Positions 1 through 8,299 of a stretch of DNA of 64,000 nt are shown piece after piece. How positions within the stretch are numbered: the first letter of the stretch is position 1; each line of letters begins with the position of its first letter. A model generated the notes under the pieces. It made no database searches. It was given only the letters and a program-made list of their open reading frames with translations, and was not told the origin of the DNA. The translations under genes were made by a program, and so were the position numbers. Source of the stretch: a virus; the IMG/VR virus record IMGVR_UViG_3300045988_147330, positions 35,470 through 99,469 of that record; one strand, written 5' to 3'.

Positions 1-154
1 TCACACATTCAAGTATGAATATTGTCCATTATTCCCTATTGATATAGAAGAACTGGAGAAGTTTGTTACTGACAGGCTTCCTACATTGAAAGGCAAAGAC
101 TTTAGAATTGTATTTTAAAATGAAGAAGATATTAATGAGAAAAGAAATTAAAAT

Positions 155-343
155 ATGAAAAATGTGATTTTATTTGCTAGTTTAATATTAGCACTATCAT
201 CTTGTGATCGTAAATCTTATCATGTGAAGGGTGGTACTGCAATAACCATTGATGGAGATACCATTGAGTTTTATGGTGGAACAATTACTTATCCCTTTGC
301 CGGTCAACGTAGTATTAGTGGAATAGTTATTAAAGGGAAATAA
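155..343 (+). CDS. small putative lipoprotein
   Basis: 62-aa ORF; hydrophobic N-terminus ending in lipobox-like LSSC (MKNVILFASLILALSSC). Confidence 0.5.
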   Translation: MKNVILFASLILALSSCDRKSYHVKGGTAITIDGDTIEFYGGTITYPFAGQRSISGIVIKGK

Positions 344-352
344 TATTGAGAT

Positions 353-568
353 ATGGAAATAAAGAACGTAGGACAACTTAGAAAAATAATTGAGAATCTT
401 TCCGATGATTACGAAATAGAGATGCGTGTTAGACGCAAATTGACGGATGAAGAATTGAAAAATTGCAGATACCCTTACCCTTATGATACAGATTATTTAA
501 CTCTAGAATTTGACGATATAGGCGTTTCTTGCAAAGTATTGTGCTTGGGTGTAACTTCTAATGAATGA
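353..568 (+). CDS. hypothetical protein
   Basis: 71-aa ORF in tightly packed plus-strand gene train. Confidence 0.5.
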   Translation: MEIKNVGQLRKIIENLSDDYEIEMRVRRKLTDEELKNCRYPYPYDTDYLTLEFDDIGVSCKVLCLGVTSNE

Positions 569-798
569 ACGGTATGGAAATAAATAGCGGAATAATAATA
601 GATGGAGTGCTGCATGAAATGATTGAACTGATTGATGCGTCTAGTCTAAATTTCGATTGCAGTAAATGTTCGTTGAATAAAAAATGCAATAAGTGTAAGA
701 TGAGGAATGAATTATATCTGTGTGATGTGATGGGTTGTTTCTTCTTTGTCAATCGTGGTAAAGTAACGGATATTAAAACAGAGGAGGATAAGGAATGA
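565..798 (+). CDS. hypothetical Cys-rich protein
   Basis: 77-aa ORF; 4-nt start/stop overlaps with both neighbours; CSKCSLNKKCNKC cluster. Confidence 0.5.
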   Translation: MNGMEINSGIIIDGVLHEMIELIDASSLNFDCSKCSLNKKCNKCKMRNELYLCDVMGCFFFVNRGKVTDIKTEEDKE

Positions 799-1253
799 AA
801 CAGGTATTATCAATCGAACAGATGAAGCACTTGAAGGAGCTTGGGCTAGATACAAGTGATGCAAGCATGGTATTAATAGCCACGGATGATGATGGTTGCG
901 AATTGTTATGGGAAGATGCTGAAAAAGCAATTAAGCACCATTGGTACAATGTCCATTTTAATCTATATTACGTTGACACTAGTAGTTATGATCATTCCTT
1001 AAAAAAAGAGTGTGGAGTTTTTACCTTGCAGGATATTCTCGGCAAGTTACCGCGACACATAAATGACTTTGGTACAAAATATAAGCTGCACATTGAACCT
1101 ACTTTTGCTGGACCTTGGTGTATAAGTTATCAAATAGGCATATGTGAACCATTTGTTTTTAAATTGTCAGGAAATCTATTGGATGCAGCCTATGATATGC
1201 TGTGCTGGTGTATTGAAAAAGGATATGTTAAAGTTGGAGAGGAGGAAAAGTAA
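795..1253 (+). CDS. hypothetical protein (paralog of 26276..26665)
   Basis: Shares N-terminus MKQVLSIEQMK.L..LG.DTS.ASM and C-terminal L.DAAYDMLCWCI with 26276..26665. Confidence 0.6.
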   Translation: MKQVLSIEQMKHLKELGLDTSDASMVLIATDDDGCELLWEDAEKAIKHHWYNVHFNLYYVDTSSYDHSLKKECGVFTLQDILGKLPRHINDFGTKYKLHIEPTFAGPWCISYQIGICEPFVFKLSGNLLDAAYDMLCWCIEKGYVKVGEEEK

Positions 1254-1568
1254 ATGGATATAGTACCTATTGTAACAAAAGATGATCTTTCTAAAGAACA
1301 GATAGAGTATCTACAAAAACAACAAACAGAATATAAATTGATTAAAAAAGTTAAGAGGAATCCAGGGCATATATTATTCTCTTTTAACGTTAAGACAGGG
1401 GAGATAAAGAGAGCTTCTATTATACATAATGTTTCTATAGGACTGAATGGGCTTCCTATAACTAGGGCTGAAACGGTCATAGAACCTAATTGCTATTATG
1501 AACAAGCCTTAAATGAAAAGAATTTTAGAAAAAAATTGAGGAAATCAGGATTATTAAAAAACGAATAA
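1254..1568 (+). CDS. hypothetical protein
   Basis: 104-aa ORF, AGGAGG-like motif upstream, abuts previous stop. Confidence 0.5.
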   Translation: MDIVPIVTKDDLSKEQIEYLQKQQTEYKLIKKVKRNPGHILFSFNVKTGEIKRASIIHNVSIGLNGLPITRAETVIEPNCYYEQALNEKNFRKKLRKSGLLKNE

Positions 1569-1570
1569 TT

Positions 1571-2026
1571 ATGGGATTTACAACATCGTGCTTTATAAGA
1601 AAGAGTCCATATAAACTTATGAACAGATTAAACGAGTTAGGATATAGATTATTCGGATGTGAACTTAACGAGGACTTGTGTATTTTCACCGAACCTGAAT
1701 ATAGGCTATATAGTGTTGAGTTTTTCAGTAATATTCCACATCCCGACGAAACCGATAGCATTGATTGCGGAACTAATGAGGATCTTTTCCTGGCTTTAGC
1801 TGCATTGAGGGATGATACAAATAAGTTTCAATGGTTTATAGCAGAATCTTCACTTAGTGTTTCTTTTGATGATGCTATTGGTAATGACCATTATTTCGTA
1901 GAACCTAAAGGTAGCTTCTTCTTTTGGGGTATAGAATATCAAAATTCAACAATTATTTTAGGAAATTTCCGTAAAGCCACCGTAGACGAACTGATTGAAT
2001 ATTTTAAAACAAAGGAGGAACAATGA
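1571..2026 (+). CDS. hypothetical protein
   Basis: 151-aa ORF, co-oriented, minimal intergenic gap. Confidence 0.55.
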   Translation: MGFTTSCFIRKSPYKLMNRLNELGYRLFGCELNEDLCIFTEPEYRLYSVEFFSNIPHPDETDSIDCGTNEDLFLALAALRDDTNKFQWFIAESSLSVSFDDAIGNDHYFVEPKGSFFFWGIEYQNSTIILGNFRKATVDELIEYFKTKEEQ

Positions 2027-2277
2027 AAGCAAAGTATTTTAAAAAGATAAGAAGCCAAGTAAAGTGGTATAAGGTATCATATAGAGATAGTTTATTTTTT
2101 AGTTTTAGCGATGAGAAAGAGATATTGGCTAAATCTCCTGAAAATGCTTGTGTCAGATACCATAAACGTACTGGATGTTTTGTTAACAAATATAATCCTA
2201 ACCATATCACACAACATAGCGAATGTCTTTCAAGGTTCAAAGTATGTATAGGTAAGAAAGTAATGTATTTCGATTAA
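2023..2277 (+). CDS. hypothetical protein
   Basis: 84-aa ORF, ATGA overlap with upstream gene, AGGAGG at 2013-2018. Confidence 0.5.
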   Translation: MKAKYFKKIRSQVKWYKVSYRDSLFFSFSDEKEILAKSPENACVRYHKRTGCFVNKYNPNHITQHSECLSRFKVCIGKKVMYFD

Positions 2278-2279
2278 AT

Positions 2280-2438
2280 ATGAAAGCAAGAATAAAAAGA
2301 AAAATACAAAAACGCCCATTTTTATATAATGTAGGACAAGTATTTAAGGCTTGTGATTGGCTTACTAGTATTCAGCGTGGAAATATAGTTTGGCGTAGGT
2401 ATCGTTCATTTGGTACTATTATTAAATCAGAATATTAA
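2280..2438 (+). CDS. hypothetical small protein (52 aa)
   Basis: Hand-translated ORF below track cutoff, fills the gap between 2277 and 2441; starts MKARIK like the next gene. Confidence 0.3.
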   Translation: MKARIKRKIQKRPFLYNVGQVFKACDWLTSIQRGNIVWRRYRSFGTIIKSEY

Positions 2439-2440
2439 AT

Positions 2441-2767
2441 ATGAAAGCAAGAGTAAAATCAACAGGGGTTTTGGTGGATGTAACTCCCCAATTAAACATC
2501 AACTCTCAACATAGCAGAGATTATTTATATGTATGTGATAACATGGTATTCAAGGAATGCGAACTTGATTTTTCAGCTATTGACTGGGAACAGCGTAGAT
2601 ACGAACTGGCTAAATCCGCAATGCAAGGGATTTTAAGTGACAATACAGAAATTGGTTACGCTTGTTCGGAAGCAGATTACAAGAAAGGAGAGAAACATAC
2701 AATACCTATAAGCATTGCTCGGTTTGCAATTGCTTGTGCTGATGCTTTAATTAATGAATTAAAATGA
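2441..2767 (+). CDS. hypothetical protein, IDWEQRRYELAK family (paralog 1 of 3)
   Basis: Shares MKA..K.TG..V.., IDWEQRRYELAK and CADALI..LK with 3692..3970; C-terminal similarity to 44505..44843. Confidence 0.6.
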   Translation: MKARVKSTGVLVDVTPQLNINSQHSRDYLYVCDNMVFKECELDFSAIDWEQRRYELAKSAMQGILSDNTEIGYACSEADYKKGEKHTIPISIARFAIACADALINELK

Positions 2768-3090
2768 TAAAAGTATTAAGAAATAAAACTCCTATCGCTC
2801 GCAAAGAGCATAGATGTGAATTTTGCGGTGAAGTAATACACATTGGAGAAAAATATAACAGACAGACCAATGTTTGTGATGATCGTGTTTATGATTGGGT
2901 TAGTCACTGTGATTGCTCCCAATTAGCCTATGAACTTGATATGTTTGATGATTGTGATGAAGGTCTTGACGGTGATGGGTTTATTGACAACTTGAATCAG
3001 TATGTTTATGACAATCATTATGATGATAAAATATTGGCATTATCACGCTATGAACTTGTAAAGAAGGTATTGGACGAATTTATACATTAG
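2764..3090 (+). CDS. hypothetical Cys/His-rich protein
   Basis: 108-aa ORF, HRCEFCGE...HCDC pattern suggests metal binding; ATGA overlap. Confidence 0.55.
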   Translation: MIKVLRNKTPIARKEHRCEFCGEVIHIGEKYNRQTNVCDDRVYDWVSHCDCSQLAYELDMFDDCDEGLDGDGFIDNLNQYVYDNHYDDKILALSRYELVKKVLDEFIH

Positions 3091-3094
3091 TGCT

Positions 3095-3367
3095 ATGGAT
3101 GATGTAAAATTATCATTAAGACAGATAGAAAAAATGGAACACGCTATAGGGTTTGAGCGTGGTAAAATAAAAAGAAATAGATATAAGGTTTATCGTAACT
3201 GGTATATTGTTAATCATCCTGATGATGATTGGGAAGAGTTGGTGTTTATTGGTTACGCTAATAGAAGATTGTTAGATATAGAAAAACAAATTGTGTACCA
3301 TGTTTCCGAACTTGGAATGAAATATCTAGGTGTGTTATTAGGATGTATAATAACGGAGGAGGAATAA
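3095..3367 (+). CDS. hypothetical protein
   Basis: 90-aa ORF in gene train. Confidence 0.5.
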   Translation: MDDVKLSLRQIEKMEHAIGFERGKIKRNRYKVYRNWYIVNHPDDDWEELVFIGYANRRLLDIEKQIVYHVSELGMKYLGVLLGCIITEEE

Positions 3368-3397
3368 ACAAGATCGTAAACTTATTGGATAATTATT

Positions 3398-3688
3398 ATG
3401 AGTAAATATAGATACAGAGAAGTAAAGAACTATATCCACAACGAACTAAAGTTGACTAAAGAGGATATAAGGGAGATAATGATTCCTATCATTAGAGAGG
3501 AGGTTAAACGAGTTTTCCATAATACTTATGGAAATGATGTTTCTCTGGACAACTGGATTCGATGTATGGTTTCCGATGAAATAAAACGTCAAGGAGGCTA
3601 TAACATGTTATGGACTTTATGTAAGGAGGCAATAAAAACCGAGCTAACTGACAAATATTCAATTGAGGTAAATCTTAAAGAAAAGTAA
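3398..3688 (+). CDS. hypothetical protein
   Basis: 96-aa ORF in gene train. Confidence 0.5.
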   Translation: MSKYRYREVKNYIHNELKLTKEDIREIMIPIIREEVKRVFHNTYGNDVSLDNWIRCMVSDEIKRQGGYNMLWTLCKEAIKTELTDKYSIEVNLKEK

Positions 3689-3691
3689 ATT

Positions 3692-3970
3692 ATGAAAGCA
3701 ACAATAAAGGCAACTGGAGAAATTGTAGAGATTAAGGATTTATATGATGATGGTACTGCATTGGTGGGAAACATGTATATCAAGGTGTCAGAACTTAATT
3801 TCTTTAGTGAAAACATTGATTGGGAACAACGTAGGTACGAATTGGCAAAAGACATTATTAAAGTTGTTATAGCAAACGAGAATGGTATTAATTCTGAGGC
3901 AGTAGCTAAATATTCGCTTAATTGCGCTGATGCCCTAATTAAAAGACTAAAGGAGGAGAATCATGGATAG
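3692..3970 (+). CDS. hypothetical protein, IDWEQRRYELAK family (paralog 2 of 3)
   Basis: Same motifs as 2441..2767. Confidence 0.6.
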   Translation: MKATIKATGEIVEIKDLYDDGTALVGNMYIKVSELNFFSENIDWEQRRYELAKDIIKVVIANENGINSEAVAKYSLNCADALIKRLKEENHG

Positions 3971-4160
3971 TGTACAGACACAAACCTTTTCCATTAGAGG
4001 GGATGGAGGTGGTGAGGCATATATTGACTTTTGCGACGGCCAATTATGTGTTTCAGTTGTCATAGAAGATAAACAGGCAGATTTTCACTTTGACCCTGTT
4101 ACGTTAAAGATGTTTGCCCATGCTTATAAATTACATTGTGAAGAGTGTAAAGGAGAATAA
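3963..4160 (+). CDS. hypothetical protein
   Basis: 65-aa ORF, AGGAGG upstream, overlaps previous stop. Confidence 0.45.
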   Translation: MDSVQTQTFSIRGDGGGEAYIDFCDGQLCVSVVIEDKQADFHFDPVTLKMFAHAYKLHCEECKGE

Positions 4161-4201
4161 TAATGAATGATTTGACATAATAAGATTAAAAAATAAATAA
4201 A

Positions 4202-4420
4202 ATGACAATACGGGATTTAGCGCATTTGTTGCTTACTGCGCAAGATATAAATAGAGAGGTAATGATAGTCAAAGACGGATGCTATAGCGATATCACGAAT
4301 GTTAGATTTGAAAACGGAATTTTTTTGATTAGCGCAAGCGGATATTACAAAGATAGAGTTACCGTAAACACGACTATCGAAGTTAAATCTCCATACAAAG
4401 AAGAACCGAAAATATTTTAG
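4202..4420 (+). CDS. hypothetical protein
   Basis: 72-aa ORF. Confidence 0.45.
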   Translation: MTIRDLAHLLLTAQDINREVMIVKDGCYSDITNVRFENGIFLISASGYYKDRVTVNTTIEVKSPYKEEPKIF

Positions 4421-4423
4421 TGT

Positions 4424-4762
4424 ATGATACAGGAAGAACTTGTAACATTAGAAACTGCTAAACTGCTTAAAGAGAAAGGGTTCAATGAAAGAAAATATCT
4501 CATAGATGTTTCCACTTTGAATCATTGTTATAAATATTTATCTGTTCCTCCGCAATCCATAGCCCAAAAGTGGTTACGTGAAACCAAAAACATTCATATA
4601 TGCGTATATAACTGTGCTTGTGGCTATGGATACGAAATATCTAAAGTTGATGGAACTCATATAACTAGTTATGTTTATGAAGGACCTAATGATGGTGGTG
4701 AATGGGATATTTATGAAGAAGCACTTGAAGCCGGATTACAGGAAGCATTAAAACTTATATGA
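4424..4762 (+). CDS. hypothetical protein
   Basis: 112-aa ORF; N-terminus LETAKLLKEKGF resembles a motif recurrent in phage proteins. Confidence 0.5.
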   Translation: MIQEELVTLETAKLLKEKGFNERKYLIDVSTLNHCYKYLSVPPQSIAQKWLRETKNIHICVYNCACGYGYEISKVDGTHITSYVYEGPNDGGEWDIYEEALEAGLQEALKLI

Positions 4763-4915
4763 TTATGAAGAAGATATTTTTCAACGATAAATTAGGATTA
4801 ACCCAAGCGGTATTGGATGGTCGGAAGACTATGGCGTAGATTTGCTTTGGCATATCGAACAGAAGATAAGATACAATGAATTAAGACCTATGTTGAACGG
4901 AAAAAGATATTGATT

Positions 4916-5344
4916 ATGAAACGTGAAATAAAATTCAGAGGGAAAGAATTTGAAACAGGACAGTGGATAGAAGGATCTTTGACAACATATCCAAGATACT
5001 ACCCAACTATTACACTCGTTGAAAATGCTGAACTTATTCCAAAAAAGAAAACTTGTGTAGTTCTTCCTGAAACAGTAGGACAGTTCACCGGATTATGTGA
5101 CAAGAACGGCAAAGAGATTTACGAGGGGGATATAGTCAAAACAAAAGAATATGGGATTGATATTCCTAATGGAGTTTTTTGTTCCAATGTTGCTGGTTGC
5201 GACAATTTTTCAGTAGATTATATTGATGGTGGGTTTCGTTTGTTAAATAATCAACGTGGATTTTTATTGTGCAAAGATAATCATCTTGAAGTGATAGGTA
5301 ACATATATGATAATCCGGAATTATTGAAAGAAAATAAGCGATGA
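4916..5344 (+). CDS. YopX-family protein
   Basis: IKFRGK...VGQFTGLCDKNGKEIYEGDIV...EVIGNIYDNPELL, classic YopX signature; ATG at 4916 preferred over the TTG at 4910. Confidence 0.8.
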   Translation: MKREIKFRGKEFETGQWIEGSLTTYPRYYPTITLVENAELIPKKKTCVVLPETVGQFTGLCDKNGKEIYEGDIVKTKEYGIDIPNGVFCSNVAGCDNFSVDYIDGGFRLLNNQRGFLLCKDNHLEVIGNIYDNPELLKENKR

Positions 5345-5583
5345 AAACAATTTTATTTATATCTATATGTATTATCGCCCTATTATGGGTTGGAGATCTA
5401 ACAATTACATTTAAGCCGTTTTCCATATCGTTGCCCGGTTGGCATAAGGCTTTAGGTATTATTCTGTTTGTATTTGCAATGGCGGTGTATAACATTGGAG
5501 AATACGCTAAGGGGTACAAGCATGGTTTTGATGATGGGGCAAAGGAATGTATTGAAGCGATTAAGGGAAATGGAAAGAAATGA
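5341..5583 (+). CDS. small membrane protein
   Basis: 80-aa ORF with two hydrophobic segments; ATGA overlap. Confidence 0.5.
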   Translation: MKTILFISICIIALLWVGDLTITFKPFSISLPGWHKALGIILFVFAMAVYNIGEYAKGYKHGFDDGAKECIEAIKGNGKK

Positions 5584-6019
5584 CATTGATTTCCCGTTAC
5601 TCCGTATATTTAATGGAGTAACGGGGCGATATGAACTTCTTATTGACGATGTATCCATAGATGCTTATGGACGTGTAAGAGATAGTAGTGGTTGTGTTGT
5701 AGAATGGTTTACAGGCGTGTTTGACATGAACGGAATACCCTTGTTTGAAAACGACATAATCATGCCTGTAAAGGACGGAATAAGCCAATATAGACGTATC
5801 TGGAGAACGGTAGGTGGATTTATACTAAGCAGGAGCAATGATGTAAAAGGACTGTCCAAATTGGATATGCTTGGTGTAGACTATTTAGTGAACGAACGTG
5901 TTCAGCAATACATATCTGATGGTTGCATAAAGGTGGGTTCTGCAACAATTGATCTTAACTTATTGAAAGGGAGAACGAAAGAAGAAATTATTAGAAACTT
6001 ATCAAGGAGAGTAAGATGA
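5570..6019 (+). CDS. hypothetical protein, weak YopX-like
   Basis: FTGVFDMNGIPLFENDII resembles the YopX core; start moved to ATG 5570 to limit overlap with 5341..5583. Confidence 0.45.
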   Translation: MERNDIDFPLLRIFNGVTGRYELLIDDVSIDAYGRVRDSSGCVVEWFTGVFDMNGIPLFENDIIMPVKDGISQYRRIWRTVGGFILSRSNDVKGLSKLDMLGVDYLVNERVQQYISDGCIKVGSATIDLNLLKGRTKEEIIRNLSRRVR

Positions 6020-6537
6020 AAGACAAAATACTAGAGGAAAGCTTGAACAATTTCTACAGGACGTTTCTTATTTGGGTGATAAGATGTTATCCTATATTGT
6101 TCTGTCTTGCAATACTTGTCCATCAGTGTGAGGTTATACACTCTGTTGGAACAGGGGATATTATTGAGTATTATGATGGTGACACATTGGAGTATATTCA
6201 GTATGCCACTCCATTTTCGGACAAGTACCTTACCATATTCTTTAACGCCAAACTGTTTAATGCAATATTGTTCTATGTGTTGTCAAAGGTATTTTTATTT
6301 TGTATATACCATAGAGTATTTGTCATTGAGATGTTGATATACGCAATATTGGATATTGTATTTAATAATGTGGTGTTTGAGGATGTGAGATGCACTATGT
6401 TTTATTCGTATATATCAATAGGATTTGTAACTGTATGTTTCTTTATTGCATTGTATCTACATCAACGATTCGGAGATAGGAATATAAATAATCATCAATC
6501 TATAACCGATGGTTTTAGAAACTGTTGTAGATTATAA
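6016..6537 (+). CDS. multi-pass membrane protein
   Basis: 173-aa ORF with several long hydrophobic stretches; ATGA overlap. Confidence 0.55.
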   Translation: MKDKILEESLNNFYRTFLIWVIRCYPILFCLAILVHQCEVIHSVGTGDIIEYYDGDTLEYIQYATPFSDKYLTIFFNAKLFNAILFYVLSKVFLFCIYHRVFVIEMLIYAILDIVFNNVVFEDVRCTMFYSYISIGFVTVCFFIALYLHQRFGDRNINNHQSITDGFRNCCRL

Positions 6538-6707
6538 TTTCTGTTTTCCTGTGGGCTGTAATCCTCCCGTATTCTTCATGTTTATCTTGACCTTTATGGG
6601 AGATGCCTTTTTATTTGATGTTACTTTAGGTGATTTAACATTCACCCTAATCACTTTCTTTACCATATATTACTCATTTTAATTGTTTTGCAAAAATAAT
6701 GATTTTT

Positions 6708-6738
6708 TTTGGTATTATAAAAACTTTATGTATCTTTG
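6708..6738 (+). promoter_or_regulatory. Bacteroidota-type promoter (-33 TTTG / -7 TATCTTTG)
   Basis: TTTG 6708-6711 and TAnnTTTG 6731-6738, spaced 19 nt, in a 640-bp non-coding gap. Confidence 0.4.
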
Positions 6739-6744
6739 CGGTGC

Positions 6745-6880
6745 GATAGTTTTTGGACTTTTTTGTTTTATAATGATAGCTGCTACCTAAAATATAAGCA
6801 GAGGTTTCTTCATACATTTTTCATAAGTCTAATGTATAACTGTCGCAAGTTGAAGAGATCTCTGCTTCTTTTTTTTTATT
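6745..6880 (+). ncRNA. candidate small RNA (promoter to intrinsic terminator, no ORF)
   Basis: 17-bp imperfect stem 6796-6812/6851-6867 followed by a T-run at 6868-6880; second inverted repeat aactgtcgca/tgcgacagtt 6838-6847/6883-6892. Confidence 0.3.
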
Positions 6881-7142
6881 TATGCGACAGTTTAATGAAG
6901 AAAACTTAAATGACACAGGTGTTGTTTTAAGTACGGCAAATCCCTCCGAAATGGGTAAGATGTTTTCTTATAATGGAAGGTATTAAGGAACAAATTGACA
7001 CCATTACAAATCGTTATAACAAATGGTTATACTTGTTCCATATTTCAAGTTGCTAAGATAGCTAGAAAAATCAAAATAACAAAAAGGTAACATATTTATA
7101 ATATATTAACACGTGTTTTTTTCTATTGTAATAACAATATAA

Positions 7143-7150
7143 TATATTTG
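7143..7150 (+). promoter_or_regulatory. -7 promoter motif TATATTTG inside repeat copy 1
   Basis: Matches TAnnTTTG; reads into the TnpB-derived segment. Confidence 0.4.
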
Positions 7151-7183
7151 CATTGTCAATAATAGGAGGATATTATAGCGAAT

Positions 7184-7366
7184 ATGCAATTAGTTTATAA
7201 ATTTGACATCAATCATTCTGACAGGCTTTGCGCTATCTGCCGTGTCAATGCCGATGTCAACGGTGCGCTTAATATCGGTAGAAAAGTATTCGGTGATTCT
7301 TTTATGATAACTGATAGCGGGCGTTGGTATCGCCCCGAACGGATTAACGTTCTAAAATGTTTGTGA
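7184..7366 (+). pseudogene. tnpB: TnpB C-terminal remnant (zinc-finger end + RuvC-III NADVNGALNI)
   Basis: 60-aa ORF ..CAICRVNADVNGALNIGRK..; only the last ~30 aa resemble TnpB. Confidence 0.6.
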
Positions 7367-7402
7367 ATACATGTACATTAATACCTTATAAATTCTAAGG
7401 AA

Positions 7403-7948
7403 ATGACTGATTATGTAAATCGTTTGAGCGAAATAAAAAATTTTATTTCGACTGATTTACTGCAAATTATAAAGGGAGGAAATGTATCACAGCAAGGAAC
7501 ATGGGCACATCAAAAAATAGCTCTTAGGGTTGCTCAAAAATTATCCACTGATTTTGCTATTTGGGTAGATGATAAGATCGAAGAGCTTCTTACCACGGGG
7601 AATACTTCTATATCATCAGAACTTCCAAACTTCAACAATCCTGCCGAAGCTGCTAGGGCTTGGGCTGATGAGTATGAAAGGAATCAAGCATTAATCTTGG
7701 AAAACAAGGAAGCAAAGCTACAACTAGAACTAAAGACGGAACAACTAGACGAATCTAAGGAATGGTATAGTATCAAAAGATGGTCAAAGGAAAACGGTGT
7801 CAATTGGAGAAATATTAGCTGGAGAAAGATGAAAGTAATATCTTACGAGCTAGGTTATGAAGTGAAAAAGATTTTTGATGCTAACTATGGACAGGTTAAT
7901 ATATACAATGTAAATGTATTTAAAGCATACTTTAACAAATGTGAATAA
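7403..7948 (+). CDS. KilA-N domain antirepressor-like protein
   Basis: GTWAHQKIALRVAQKLSTDFAIWVDDKIEEL is a KilA-N signature; C-terminal half is antirepressor-like. Confidence 0.7.
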   Translation: MTDYVNRLSEIKNFISTDLLQIIKGGNVSQQGTWAHQKIALRVAQKLSTDFAIWVDDKIEELLTTGNTSISSELPNFNNPAEAARAWADEYERNQALILENKEAKLQLELKTEQLDESKEWYSIKRWSKENGVNWRNISWRKMKVISYELGYEVKKIFDANYGQVNIYNVNVFKAYFNKCE

Positions 7949-7993
7949 ATAGTATATATTTTAAAATATTTGATAGTATGTCATTTTATTAAT

Positions 7994-8001
7994 TATATTT
8001 G
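7994..8001 (+). promoter_or_regulatory. -7 promoter motif TATATTTG
   Basis: TAnnTTTG upstream of 8096 gene; 7-bp GC hairpin gggggaa/ttccccc at 8048-8065 lies in the leader. Confidence 0.35.
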
Positions 8002-8095
8002 CATTGTGTTTAAGTGTAGAAGCTGACACATCTATAACGAAAATTTAGGGGGAAGGCGTTCCCCCGATTTTAGTAACCGTAAAAGTGATAAAACA

Positions 8096-8299
8096 ATGAT
8101 TCTACTAGAAATTTTTCAAAACTGCTTTATTGTAGGGTATGATGGAAAGAAAATACCCTTTGTAAAAGATAATTTCCTGTTTAGTGATACCGGGGAAAGA
8201 TATATCTTGACCAACAAGGAAAACAGTGAACAGGTTAGCCTACCGAAGCAATCGACAATAGTAATTAAACGTAATATTTTTCATGAAGGTATTGATTAG
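8096..8299 (+). CDS. hypothetical protein
   Basis: 67-aa ORF. Confidence 0.45.
   Translation: MILLEIFQNCFIVGYDGKKIPFVKDNFLFSDTGERYILTNKENSEQVSLPKQSTIVIKRNIFHEGID

Larger units (their letters stand above)
6977..7387 (+). repeat. repeat copy 1: promoter block + TnpB 3'-end/right-end-like module
   Basis: 269 bp identical to 54279-54547, then a 25-bp indel, then ~105 bp with 4 substitutions. Confidence 0.85.

Noticed and set aside
4765-4839. 24-aa ORF MKKIFFNDKLGLTQAVLDGRKTMA resembling the N-terminus of an ASCH-like phage protein
   Set aside because: It is terminated by TAG after 24 codons, and the downstream frame closes again after 10 codons. It is possibly a decayed gene but too short to support.
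6532-6666. Minus-strand 44-aa basic ORF (MVKKVIRVNVKSPKV...) in the 6.5-7.2 kb gap
   Set aside because: It is below any reasonable length cutoff, has no recognisable motif, and converges into the stop of the 6016..6537 gene.
7184-7366. Functional TnpB gene
   Set aside because: It is only 60 aa. Just the last zinc-finger Cys pair and the RuvC-III box are recognisable, so it is annotated as a remnant.
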